A DNA stretch of 64,000 bases from NCBI GenBank assembly GCA_038087875.1, contig CM075995.1, positions 6,202,001 to 6,266,000 on the forward strand. Reading direction: 5' to 3'. The notes below the pieces were generated by a model. The model was not told where the DNA came from, ran no database searches, and was given only the letters and a program-made list of their open reading frames with translations. The position numbers and the translations under genes are program-made. This document shows positions 26,161 through 38,520 of the stretch, one piece after another. This DNA comes from Malacoraja senta. Taxonomy: Eukaryota. Position 1 is the first letter of the stretch. Each line of letters starts with the position of its first letter.

Positions 26161-27980
26161 AAAGCCTGCAACCCAGGAGTTTAATTTTCTCATGGCATGG
26201 GTGGCTTATGCCTGATACTGGGTGAGTTAATAATCCTGGATCACTGGGAAAGACCATTGGTGACTCAACCACCATGTCATGTAGAACCGGGAACCATGGC
26301 TGTGTAGGCCAGTCGGGCACCATCAAAATTCCAGAAGCAGAGTCCATCTGTATTTTGCGAAGTACCCGACTGATGAGGCAGAAGGGAGGGAAAGCATAGA
26401 AGAAGACATTTCCCCAATCCAGCGTGATGGCATGTATCGCTGCTGCCTCTGGGTCTGGTTCCCAAGCGACATATATAGGTAACTGGTAATTTCGTCTTGA
26501 TGCAAATACATCGATATCTGGCGTTCCATACTGCTTAATAACTTTAGCAAATACTTTAGGGTTGAACATCCATTCGATGTTATCATTGAATTTGCGTGAC
26601 CTGGTGTCTGCCACTGTGTTTAGCTTACCTGGTAGATAAGTAGCTGATAGCCAAATATGTCTTTCGACACACCATAGCCAAATCACATTGACCAATTTGT
26701 CGCATGATAATGATTTTATGCCGCCCATATGGTTAATATAAGCCACCACCGTAGTATTATCAATCTGTAACCGAACATGCAAGTGCTGCATATTAGCTAC
26801 ATATGCTTTTAACCCATAAAAGGCGCCCAACATCTCTAGATAGTTAATGCCCAGTGTCAGTAGTAATGATGACTCTAGGTTAGTCCATCTACCACCTGTG
26901 CTGGATATGGAGTAAGTTGCTCCCCAGCCTTGAGCACTGGCATCTGTTTGAAGAACTAAAGTAAGGTTAGTGATGATGATAGAGCTGAAACTATGCCAAA
27001 CATTTTCTGCCCACCACTGTAGCTGATATTGCTTCAGTGGGTAATTACATGACACGAACATCGTGACCTGTATGTCGTTTTAGTGCCTGTACCTTTGCTG
27101 TTTGTAAATTTTGATAGTGCAAAGGTCCGCATTGTGTAGCTGGAAATGCTGCTACCATTTTCCCAATCACTCTTGGGACTTGTCGAATAGTTGGTCCTTT
27201 GTTGACCATTAAATAGTTGCATGATTGTGCTAATGCAACCATTTTTATTTTTATTTTTTTATTTTTATTTTCCTTTTGGCAAGGTAACAGTCATATGGAC
27301 TGAGTTAATTGTGAAGCCCAGGTAGTCCATAATAGTGGATGGCTTCAACTTAGATTTATCTGGATGTAGGATGAACCCCAGAGTTTCGAGGAGCTATTTT
27401 GTAGCTGATACTGCTGCCACAGCCAATTCCATCGTTTCCGCTACTATCTGAATATCATCCAGATATGCCATGACAATATGTTTCTTAGTCTTGCCATGGC
27501 TATTTTCAATATTTTGATGAATAATCTTGGGGCTGAGGTTAGCCCATTGGGCAATGCGTTGTACTGCCTCAGCTGCCCCAACCAGATAAATTGTAGGTAT
27601 CTGCAATGATCCTTGTGTATGGGTATTAGATAGTAAGCATCTTTCAGATCAATGCTTGCCATGAAGTATCCTTTGGAAATCAGTTGTTTGGCAGTAACAA
27701 CTGTCTCCATTTTGAAATGTATATACTCAACAAACTTATTTAGTGATGTTAAGGCAATGATGATGCGACATCCACCATCTTTTTTGGTTTTATTTGATAC
27801 AAATTCCAAAGGTTCATGTTTGGTCTTTTGGATGACCTCTCCACTAATGCTGTTGAGTATATACTTATCACACGTGACAGTAACCCATGCTTCTTTAAAC
27901 CAGTGTAAGCTCCCCTCTGTTAGTAAAGCACCCTTATTCTCTATATGCTGGCAGGAACCAGACCCACCTACCTCCATGTT
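26159..27980 (-). pseudogene. DIRS pol: RT, RNase H and DNA-adenine-methyltransferase-like domain (frameshifted)
   Basis: ASIDLKDAY, LPNGLTSAPR, AYLDD (RT); TDASAQGWG, INYLEM, IDNTTVVAYINHMGG (RNase H); DIDVFAS..N, YAFPPF (MT). Confidence 0.88.
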
Positions 27981-27999
27981 CAGTGGTGTTTCTTTTGTT

Positions 28000-29150
28000 T
28001 CCTGATGTTTTTGTAGGTTTTGCTTGTCTGACGTGCTGGCGATGTTGGGGGGTGGCGCATTTTCCATGGGGTCCGCTGTGGGCCCTGATCTAAAAAAGAT
28101 CTTTTGGGGATAAAATGCGGTCCCCGAGCTTTCACCAGTCCCATATTGAGGACGTCGACTGGTGGATGCCATGGGGTGCTGCCGCTTGGGTATTGTAGCT
28201 CTTGGTTTGCTCGTCCCAGGGCCTGCCCTCATGAGGCCGAAAGATGTCGCTGCTTCCTCCATGTCCCTCAGTTTTTTGTTGAGGTCTTTCCCAAATAACA
28301 GAGCATCCGTCTCTGCAGCTGGGGCTCTGCACAACCCAGCAACTTTGGGATTGAGGGCAGGTCTTATGTTTCCCCGCCGGAGATTGTGTATTGCACATCA
28401 GTGCCAGCACATCCTGCTGGCAAGTATCCATCTCCGTACTTTGCACAGAACGAGCAAAGGCTGTAATGGCCGACGTCCGGAGCCTTAGGATCCGCTGTAG
28501 CTTGATTTCATGGTTACACATGTTTGACCCCACGTGACCCCAGATCTGGCTGTTCACAGTCTTCACTCTGAGGGCCTCACAGTTCTCTGGTGCTGTATAA
28601 AATTCAAGCACCTCAAGAAGTACCTTCTCCTGCAAGGGCTTATTTGACAGATGATTGATGCTGGCCGCCATGTTTGGTTCCAGCGGTCTTCCAGCACGTG
28701 GGGTTGCTACATAGCGGTCCACCACACCCAGCAGCTCTTCCTGCTCCTGCACCCCTTGCATACTGCCGAATTCTTCCGCCAGCCCCTTTCCAGACCAGCC
28801 CAACCCTGGTCACCAATGCTAGCCTCCAGTAATGAGGGAGCAGAGGGCAGTGCCCAAGACACTGTGGAGGAGGTGCCTGACCTACCTCCTGCGAGAACGC
28901 TCCTTCTGCGTAGCTCGCTGGAGCATCTGCTCCAAGAGCTGTTGTAAGCTCTGGCGGCTGTCTCTCCTCCGTGTAGGTGGAAACATGTCCCCATCCGACA
29001 AATTAGACATTACCGGCCGATTGCTCTCATGGCTTTGCTCCCTGTCCGCTGTGCAGGCATTAGCGGGACTGGGCTCGGCTCGGTCTCGGGGATAGCGGAG
29101 CGCTCTATGAGCGGTCCTGCCGCCTGTTGCTGCCCCCCTGAGATTAAACG
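28000..29150 (-). pseudogene. DIRS ORF1 (gag-like), disrupted
   Basis: Upstream position. Fragments APENC..LRVKTVNSQIW and LLFGKDLNKKL lie in different frames. Boundaries approximate. Confidence 0.6.
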
Positions 29151-29978
29151 CTCCTCTGGTGGAGTTGAGCTGGGGCAGTTCTGTTGGAGAGTCTTCTGGT
29201 GAGTGTACTTATTTGCTAAGAACACCCACACTCTCTTTCTCTGTTAGACTTAGTTGAATATACTCACCCAACGGTCCGTTTCAAAATGCAGCCGGAGCGC
29301 CTTCCTCCAGCTGCCGCCGCTGTTGCACTGCTGGCGTAATGCCGCGCCTGCGCACTGAGCGGGTTCTTCACGAAGTCACTCACGTGACTCCGAAGTAAAA
29401 TAGATCGTCAAAATGCTAATATCTCTGGCACATCTATAGGCCTCAACATATTTCTCAAAAATACCTGCTGTCAATGGAAGTGAACAATTATGCTAGAGAT
29501 ATGACAGCATTAGAGCACATATTTTAATTTTCTGATTATCAGGAAACTGCTGAAATTAGTGTAAGTTTGCCAGTAAATCACAAGAACATTCTACTACAGT
29601 AGGTCTTCAAGGTATTATAATCAGGTCACCAAAGCACTGCAACAAATTGGCATTCATCAAAACTATTCATAACTCCCCTGAGAAGAAAAAGCATAATGTA
29701 TTTTGCTGCCAATCAATTTTATAGCTCATAGGACTAAGTGGAAGGAATAGAACTATTTTATGTTAAGTTGGCTATATGTACAAACATGGCTATACAGTGG
29801 TTTATGTTGTCAGACGCTTTGAGTAAGGTACTTCTTGCATCCATATTCTATAGTTATTTTCCCCCCACAATAGTAAGATTGAAATATATAGCATTTGTAC
29901 GAAACAGCCAACACAATCCTTCATTCAGTATTAAATACATTTGATTTCACAAGTTAAATGGGGAGTTTCATTACCTAC

Positions 29979-30125
29979 CCTAGTAAGATCCATGCCAAGT
30001 TTCAGTTGAGAAAGGAGGTGTAATATGACACTCCGTTGATCATCCAGGACTCCCAAATCATCTTCAACATTCTCTTCACTATCTGTTATCTCGTCTTCAA
30101 GATTCATTGGTTCAGGACATTGATG
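29979..30125 (-). CDS. OSBPL10: Internal coding exon (147 nt, phase 0/0) of an oxysterol-binding protein-related gene, most likely OSBPL10 (OSBPL11 not excluded)
   Basis: Minus strand reads ttttctttttatcag|CAT CAA...ACT AGG|gtaggt. Translation: HQCPEPMNLEDEITDSEENVEDDLGVLDDQRSVILHLLSQLKLGMDLTR. QRSxILHLxSQLKLGMDLT is the start of the ORD lipid-binding domain in OSBPL10/11. 'LGV..DQRS' and very long flanking introns favour OSBPL10 over OSBPL11 ('LGAVEEQRS'), recalled from memory. Confidence 0.88.
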
Positions 30126-30541
30126 CTGATAAAAAGAAAATTAATTACTTATATAATTGGATAGGAAGGAAATCAAAGATTAGACAGTTTGTACTAAGCA
30201 CTACTTTTTTTACACTTGTCCCCCTTTTGTAATGAATTTCCCTTTCAACAGGATAGGACAGGTTTGGAGGGATATGGACCAAGCACAGGCAAGTGGGACT
30301 AGTGTAGCTGGGATATTGTTGGCCGGTGTGGGCAAGTTGGGCCGAAGGGCCTGTTTCCACACTGTATCACTCTAAGACATCAAAAACAATATTATTGGAA
30401 GAGGAATTAATTAAGAGAGACACTACAGCACAGTTTCGTTATTTTGATGAGATCAGCCATTGCCGTATAAGGGAAAAGCAATGAACTCACTCTGTATGAC
30501 TGCAATCTCCATGATCTCACATCCATGAATGAATGACTTAA

Positions 30542-30834
30542 GCCTCTGTCCCACTTTCCCAAGTTACCACGAATTCTCCCGAGTTTTCCCCTTGATTCAA
30601 ACTCGGAGAATGATGGTAATAGCCAGCCGTGGGTATTTTTTTTACTCGTGGACATTTTTTAACATGCTGAAAAAACGTCCCGACTTACCTGATGCCCCGC
30701 GTACCTACGGCTGGCATTACGAGCCGCTACAAAATATCTACGGACTCCTACGGCCTCATACGGACATTCTCCGACTTTGAATCAAGGGGAAAACTCGGGA
30801 GAATTCGTGAGTAACTCGGGACAGTGGGACAGGG
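30542..30834. mobile_element. MITE with long imperfect inverted repeats (possibly PIF/Harbinger)
   Basis: CTGTCCCACT (30546) / AGTGGGACAG (30823-30832), plus an inner IR cgaattctcccgagttttccccttgattcaaa and its reverse complement. Confidence 0.7.
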
Positions 30835-31069
30835 ACAGCACATAACCTGGACCACATACCTGGACAGCACATAAAATAATGTTTTTCCACTGCACGTGAT
30901 AATAATAAACCAAGACCTATATGAAATGCAGATATTGTTACTACAAACTTACTGATATAGTAGTCAGACAAAACTGGCAGCAGTTTCATTAAGCTGGCTC
31001 AGGTTTCCCAGTCATAATTTATTCAACATTTTTAAACATCACTAAAAATCATTACCTTTTTTAGCTTAG

Positions 31070-31325
31070 TTTAGTTTAGTTTATTATCACGTGTACCCAG
31101 GTAAAGCTTTTTGTTGCGTGCTGTCCAGTCAGCGGAAAGACAATGTATCGCGCCACCCACAGTGTACAGATACAGGATAAAGGGAATAACGATTAGTGCA
31201 AGACAGTCTGGTAAAGTTCGATTAAAGATAGTTCGAGGATCTCCCATAAGGTAGATGGTAGCTCAAGACCGCTCTCTATTTAGTGATAGAATGCTTCAGT
31301 TGCCTGATATCAGCTGGGAAGAAAC
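31070..31325 (-). mobile_element. Rex1-type LINE 3' tail
   Basis: (tttag)n tail; sequence shared with 32455-32700. Confidence 0.55.
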
Positions 31326-31695
31326 TGGTTGCCCTCTATTTGCCCCTATAACCTTAAGCAGGTTGTCCAGGCATGAAAAGAACTTCATGGAATAGCTGAA
31401 TAGGCATTCTTCATCTGAGATCCTTTGCAAATCCAAGCCTAAAGAGCTTCAGCTTGCTACTTTTTTATACAAATCCTCTCTCGAAATTTTTAAAGGTTTA
31501 AAAATAGATGAATTTGCATATTAGCACACAGGCATGTTTAGGAAAACAAAATCGTCTAATATTTTGAATCCTCTGTGGATCTAAAATAGTTATTTTATAA
31601 CTAGTAGAGGCACTTTAGACTAAAGATGCTGAATTCTAGAAAAATACAACTGAAGGAGAATGCAGGAAAGACAGCCTCTGTGCAGGGAAATATAC

Positions 31696-32367
31696 TGTAT
31701 ACTCAATATTGAAAAAGGTTAACTTATACTTAAACACACAGGTTCACTTCTTAATAAGCAGACAACTCACAATACAGTTGGTAGACCAGTTCAAAACGTT
31801 ACTAATTATCGGCCGATGGAAGTGGCAAGGAAAACCCCAGCAAAGGGAGCAACACAGACCCTTGGCTATCCTCTCTCCACTTCCCTGAACACAGAACTAC
31901 ATGGTATTATATACTGTTCTTTTGTCACCTAAGCACATTCCAAAGACATTATGGTCAGAGGTACAGAGAATACACATTACTCGTCAATCATCGGTTGCAT
32001 CAAAAGCATCTTGTCATGTGGTACAAGGACTTACATATTAAAGGCATCGGACATTGGTACAAGGACTTACATATCAAAGGCATCGGTCATTTAGTACAAG
32101 GTACTTGCATATAAAAGTCACTGCATAAGCACAAAGGCATCGGACATTGTCTCAATACCCCTTACTGGGATTAATCTGGGCTTCCTCTCTCGTCAAATGG
32201 TAGACGCATTTCAAAGTCATTGGACATTATCTCAATACACAGCAACCTGAGGCAAGCCTAGACTTGCCTTTCTGTATCAATCTACTGGAGGAAAGCCTGC
32301 TTTGAGACGAAATATAAGTTGTAAGCTGGCCCAGGAATCCATTTAATATTTTCTTATATTTTTAACA
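31696..32367 (-). mobile_element. Probable solo LTR containing 36-bp tandem repeats
   Basis: TG...CA-compatible ends; tandem units 32019-32054 and 32055-32090 plus a degenerate third; minus-strand TATATAA near 31910. No clean TSD. Confidence 0.4.
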
Positions 32368-32454
32368 TCATTCAGCCTTATCAATATTTCAATTTGAGAC
32401 CCTTCATCTTGACTGGAGAGATGTAGCCCTCTATCCTTTTCCCTCCACAGATTT

Positions 32455-32850
32455 AGTTTAGTTTGTTTTTTTGTTGCGTGCTATCCAGTCAGCGGAAAGA
32501 CTACACATGATTACAATCTAGCCACCCACAACGTACAGATACAGGATAAAGGGAATAAGGTTTAATACAAGATAAAGTCCAGTAAAGTCCAATTAAAGAT
32601 ATTCCGAGGGTCTCCAATGAGGTAGATGGTAGGTCAGGACTGTTCTCCAGTTGGTGATAGGATGGTTCAGTTGCCTGACTACAGCTGGGAAGAAACAATC
32701 CCTGAATCTGGAGGTATACATTTTCATACTTCTGTAATTCTTGCCTGATGGGAGACGAGAGAAGAGGGTGGGTCTGGGGTGAGACTCATCCTTGATTATG
32801 CTGGTGGTCTTGCTGAGGCAGAGTGAAGTGTTGATAGAATCGATGGAAGG
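32455..32850 (-). mobile_element. Rex1-type LINE 3' fragment
   Basis: IIKDESHP..LFSRLPSGKNYRSMKMYTSRFRDCFFP. Confidence 0.75.
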
Positions 32851-33046
32851 GAGATAGACACAAAAAGTAATTAAATGCAACACCTCCCACTTGCTCGGAT
32901 TAAACTTCATCTGCAGTTTCTCCGCCCATTGCTATAGCTGATCTAAATCCCACTGCATACTTGGCAGCCTTCCTCACAGTCCACAACCCCAGTTCTCTTG
33001 GTGGCATCTACATAGTTATTAACCAACCCATTTATATTATTGTCCA

Positions 33047-35090
33047 TAGACACAAAAAGCTAGAGTAACTCAGCAGGTCAGGAAGCATCCCTTGGGAAAA
33101 GGAATAGACGACCTTTCGGGTCGAGATCATTCTTCAGACAGAGTCAGGGGAAAGGGAAACAAGAGATATAGGCGGTGATATAGAGAGATATAGAACAAAT
33201 GAATGAAAGTAACAATGATAAAGGAAACAGGCCATCGGTAGCTGTGGGCTATGTGAAAACGAGTTACAGACAATGAGGCACAACAAGATGATTTTGAAGC
33301 TAGTATGACCGGTGGGGGACGGATGGAAAGAGAGGGGATAAAAGGGTTACTTGAAGATACAGAAATCAATATTCATACTGCTGGGTTGTAAGCTGCCCAA
33401 GCGAAATATGAGGTGCTGTTCCTCCAATTTCCTTGTTCATTAGTCACTGAAAGTAAGCATGCAGGTACAGCAGGCAGTGAAGAAAGCGAATGGCATGTTG
33501 GCCTTCATAACAAGAGGCGTTGAGTATAGGAGCAAAGAGGTTCTTCTGCAGTTGTACAGGGCCCTGGTAAGACACACCTGGAGTATTGTGTGCAGTTTTG
33601 GTCTCCAAATTTGAGGAAGCACATTCTTGCTATTGAGGGAGTGCAGCATACATTCACGAGGTTAATTCCCGGGATGGCGGGACTGTCATATGTTGATAGA
33701 ATGGAGTGGCTGGGCTTGAATACTCTGGAATTTAGAAGGATGAGAGGATATCTTATTGAAACATATAAGATTATTAAGGGTTTCGACACGCTAGAGGCAT
33801 AGAGGCAGGAAACATGTTCCCAATGTGGGGGAGTCCAGAACCAGGAGCCACAGTTTAAAAATAAGGGGTAAACTATTTAAAACGGAGATGAGGAAAAACT
33901 TCTTCACACAGAGGGTTGTGAATCTGTGGAATTCTCTGCCTCAGAAGGCAGTGGAGGCCAATTCTCTGGATGCTTTCAAGAGAGAGTTAGATAGAGCTCT
34001 TAAAGATAACGGAGTCAGGGGATATGGGGAGAAGGCAGGAACGGGGTACTGATTGTGGATGATCAGTCATGATCACAGTGAATGGCGGTGCTGGCTCGAA
34101 GGGCCGAATGGCCAACTCCTGCACCTATTATCTATTGCCTCACTGACAATGGAGGAGGCCCAGGACAGAAAGGACAGTTTGGAATGGGAAAGGGAATTAA
34201 AGTGTTTGGCAACTGTGAAATCAGGTAGGTCCAGGTGGACTGAGCAAAGGTCTTCAGTGAAACGATCGCTAAGTCAACGTTTGATCTCGCCGATGTACAA
34301 GAGTCCACACCTTGAACAACGGATACAGTGGATGAGGTTGGAAGAGGTGCAAGTGAACCTCTGCCTAACCTGAAAGAACTATAGGGGTCCCTAGACAGAG
34401 TTGAGGGAAGAGGTATAGGGACAGGTGTTGCACCTACTGCGGTTGCAAGGGAAGGTACCTGGGGAGGGGGTGGTTTGGGTGGGAAGGGATGAGTTAACCA
34501 GGGAATTGCAGAGAGAACAGTCTCTGCGGAAGGCAGAAAAGGGTGGAGATGGGAAGAAGTGACTAGTAGTGGGATCTCGTTGGAGGTGTCAAAAATGTCG
34601 GAGGATTGTTTTGTATGCAATGGTTGATGGGGTGAAAGGCAAGATCTAGGGCGACTCTGTCTCTGTTGCGACTAGGGGGACGGGGAACAAGAGCGTTGCT
34701 GTGGGGTACCGAGGAGACACGAGTGAGGTCCTCATCTATGATGGAAGAGGGAAACCCCTGTACCCTAAAGAATGAGGACATCTCGGATGTCCTGGAATGG
34801 AACACCTCATCTTGGGCGCAGATGTGGTATAGTCTGAGGTATTGGGAGTAGGAGATAGAGCCTTTGCAGGAAGCAGGGTGGGAAGATGTATAGTCCAGAT
34901 AGTAGTGGGAGTCAGTAGGTTTATAATAGATGTTAGTTGAGTCTTTCACCTATGATGGATACAGTGAGATTAAGAAAGGGGAGGGAGGTGTCGGAGATGG
35001 TCCAAGTGAATTTGAGTGCAGAATGGAAATTGGCGGTGAAGTAAATGAACTCCATCAGTTCTGCGAGGGTGCAGGTAGCAAGGGAGATTG
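33047..35090 (-). mobile_element. Penelope-like element (RT C-terminus, GIY-YIG region, pLTR), interrupted by CR1
   Basis: FHSALKFT..LPFL and YYKPTDSHYYLDYTSSHP motifs. pLTR with degenerate hammerhead core at ~33110-33138. Confidence 0.85.
33436..34136 (+). mobile_element. CR1 3' fragment nested in Penelope
   Basis: QFWSPNLRK, NLWNSLP motifs; tctattg tail. Confidence 0.88.
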
Positions 35091-35424
35091 GTTTGCGTGA
35101 TGGTCTGGGGTGCTTCCACAATTCTCTGCATTGTCTTGCAATTTCATCAATGCTGCTTGACTTGCTAGTTTTTCCAACTGTTTTCCTTCTATTGCTATTT
35201 TATAACTAGTAACTGGGTAATTATGATAAAACTGCTCTCTCAAATCCATCAATGCTCTAAAGTATTGCCACATTTTTGAGAGAAGGGGACAATTCCTGGG
35301 GCAATCGTGTCAAAAACAAATTTCAGAAGGAATTCAGAAGGTTTAGGATACCATTCAGATTATTTCTCTTTGTTTATTATCTAACTAAACCACATAGTCT
35401 TTCATTGTCTACACCATGCTTTTT

Positions 35425-36746
35425 GACAAATAGTCAACATGGATTTGTGCCTGGAAGGTCATGTTTGACTGATCTTCTTGAATTTTTCGAAGAGGTTACT
35501 AGGGAAATTGATGAGGGTAAAGCAGTGGATGTTGTCTATATGGACTTCAGTAAGGCCTTTGACAAGGTTCCTCATTGAAGGTTGGTTAAGAAGATTCAAT
35601 TGTTGGGTATTAATGGTGGTGTAGCAAGATGGTATTCAACAGTGGCTGAATGGGAGACCAGAGAGTAATGGTGGATGGCTGTTTGTCAGGTTGGAGGCCT
35701 GTGACTAGTGGGGTGCCTCAGGGGTCTGTGTTGGGTCCACTGTTGTTTGTCATGTACATCAATGATCTGGATCATGGTGTGGAAAATTGGATTAGTAAGT
35801 ATGCAGATGATACTAAGATAGGTGGTATTGTGGATAATGAAGTAGATTTTCAAAGTCTACAGAGAGATTTAGGCCATTTGGAAGAGTGGGCTGAAAGATG
35901 GCAGATGGAGTTTAATGCTGATAAATGTGAGGTGCTACATCTTGGCAGGACAAATCAAAATAGGACGTACATGGTAAATGGTAGCGAATTGAGGAATGCA
36001 GTTGAACAGAGGGATCTAGGAATAACTGTGCATAGTTCCCTGAAGGTGGAATCTCATGTAGATAGGGTGGTAAAGAAAGCTTTTGGTGTGCTGGCCTTTA
36101 TAAATCAGAGCATTGAATATAGAAGTTGGGATGTAATGTTAAAATTGTACAAGACATTGGTGAGGCCAATTCTGGAGTATGGAGTACAATTTTGGTCGCC
36201 TAATTATAGGAAGGATGTCAACAAAATAGAGAGAGTACAGAGGAGATTTACTAGAATGTTGCCTGGGTTTCAGCAACTAAGTTACAGAGAAAGGTTGAAC
36301 AAGTTAGGTCTTTATTCTTTGGAGCGCAGAAGGTTAAGAGGGGACTTGATAGAGGTCTTTAAAATTATGAGCGGGTTAGACAGAGTTGACGTGGATAAGC
36401 TTTTCCCATTGAGAGTAGGGAAGATTCAAACAAGGGGACATGACTTGAGAATTAAGGGACAGAAGTTTAGGGGTAACATTAGGGGGAACTTCTTTACTCA
36501 GAGAGTGGTAGCTGTGTGGAATGAGCTTCCAGTGGAAGTGGTGGAGGCAGGTTCGATTTTATCCTTTAAAAATAGATTGGATGGGGATATGGACGGGAAA
36601 GGAATGGAGGGTTATGGTCTGAGTGCAGGTAGATGGGACTATGGGGAAGAAAGAAGAAGGGGGAAAAAAAAAGAAGAAAAAAAGTGTTCGGCACGGACTT
36701 GAAGGGCCGAGATGGCCTGTTTCCGTGTAATGGTTATATGGTTATA
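35425..36746 (+). mobile_element. CR1 (same family as 17747-21609), 5'-truncated
   Basis: 350-aa ORF 35650-36702 with PQGSVLGP and YADD; ggttatat tail. Confidence 0.93.
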
Positions 36747-36789
36747 CCTTAGACTTTTCCAGCATCTGCAGTTCTTTCTTAAAAATATC

Positions 36790-38520
36790 ACCTCTTTGGT
36801 CATTAATATATGATCTAAGACCTCATACTCCTATGCCTCAATTCCTCAGCTTTCATGATCTTCCCAATAAAAACAAATGAGAAGTATTCAATTAATATCT
36901 CCTCCATCTCTTCTGGCCCTACACAAAAACAGCCATACTGATCTTTAAGGAGATCAATTCTTTCCCTCGCTATTCCTTTAGTTTTTACACACCAAAATAA
37001 TCTATTGGGCTTTTCCTTTCCCTTGCCTACCAGCTTTATTGCATGTTCTCTTTTTCCCTTCTTTATTGCCATAAGTATACTCCTAATATCTTTAATTGGA
37101 GGGATTCTCTTGAACCCAATTGCTGATGTATGCCTCCTTTTTCCTGACCAGACCTTAACATCTCTCATCAATCATGGTTCCCTAAACTTTCCAGTTTCAC
37201 TCTTCACTCTAACAGGTACATGCTGCACCTGTACTCTTGCAAAGAATCCCACTTGCCATCATCTCCTTACCTGCAAATAGATTCTCCCTGTCTGCACGTT
37301 AGGGCTAAAGGAATTAAGGGATTATGGGGAAACAGCAGGAACAGGGCACTGATTTTAGATGATCAGCCATGATCATATTGAATGGCTGAATGGCTTACTC
37401 CTGCACCTGTCTTTCTATCTTTCTATGCAAGTTCCTGGCTATTGCCTGAAAAGCCAGTCTTGTTCCAATTTAGGACCTTAACATTTGGGCCAGTACCATT
37501 CTTCTCCAATAACTACCTTAAAACTAATAGAATTCTGGTCACTGGTCCCCAAATGTTCCCCACTGACACTTCAGTCACGCCCCACTTCGTTCCCTCAGAG
37601 ATGGGCCAGTAATGTTTCCTTTCTAGTAGCGCCCTCTATAGATTAAGGAAGCTTTCCTGGAAACATTTAACAAATTCCAGCCCAACAAAACCCTTTACAC
37701 TGTGGGAGACCAAGTCAATATAAAGCAAGTTAAATGTCTCTCATTAATACCACTATATTACTTTGTTATCTGTAATCTCCCCAAACATCCACTCCTCTGA
37801 TTGATGTTGTCTATTGGGGGACCCATAAATACAGTCTCAAAGTGATCAATCCTCTTCTATTTCTATGTTCTACCCATATAGCCTCATTGGACAATTCCCC
37901 AAGAATATCCTCTCCGAGCACTGTAGTTACATCTTTCCTGAATCAAAAAGGCAACTTCCCCCTTGTCTCTTATCTGAGTCTCTATCAAGCCTGAACATCT
38001 TTCCCCTGAAATAGAGCTTGCCAACTCTGCCCTTCTCTCAGCTATGGTTCAATTATGGCTACAATATCCCAGTCCCCTGAGTCAATCCACGCCCCAAGTT
38101 CGTCCAGTCTCTAGCATTAAAATAAATAATTTAAATCACTGGTATTTCCGCTCTCTTTACTGTGTGTGCACCTGCTTGCTCTGTCTGCTAATCTTGCTTT
38201 CTCTGCCCACAGTATTTGACACCAACCTCTCCTCTGCCTTCTTTCTGCCCTGGTGCCTTCTCTCTACTCTGGGGCCTTTGCATCTGCCTTCATTCTGCTC
38301 ACTGGGGCCCCTCCCCATGCCAATATTATTTAAACCCTCCTGAGTACCACAAGCAAATCTCCTTGCCAAGACATTGGTCTCCCACCAGTTCAGGTGCAAC
38401 CCATGTCCTTTGTACGTCACCTCTGCCCCACAAGAGATCCCCCCAATGATCCAAAAACCTGAACTTGTGTCCTCTGCACCAACTCCTCACCCGTGTATTC
38501 ACCTGGCCTAGACCTCCAGC
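36790..38520 (-). mobile_element. Old, degenerate CR1 (ORF1 end and ORF2 start), with a short CR1 tail inserted at ~37300-37427
   Basis: FRFLDHW..LLWGRGD and GLHLN ORF1 remnants. Confidence 0.6.

Larger units (their letters stand above)
24682..29403 (-). mobile_element. DIRS1-type tyrosine-recombinase retrotransposon with ITRs and internal complementary region (ICR)
   Basis: ITR 24758-24791 is the reverse complement of 29339-29372. ICR 24910-25022 is complementary to both termini. Gag-like, RT, RNase H, MT and YR coding remnants lie on the minus strand. Confidence 0.95.

Noticed and set aside
26159..26600. DNA adenine methyltransferase-like motif as a bacterial transfer or restriction-modification system
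   Set aside because: It is the known MT domain of DIRS1 pol.
32019..32160. 36-bp repeats resembling a CRISPR array
   Set aside because: Units are directly tandem without unique spacers, in a vertebrate context with no cas genes.
35055..35273. Protein-like ORF MWQYFRALMDLREQ...
   Set aside because: No recognisable homology or splice signals; it runs into a Penelope end.
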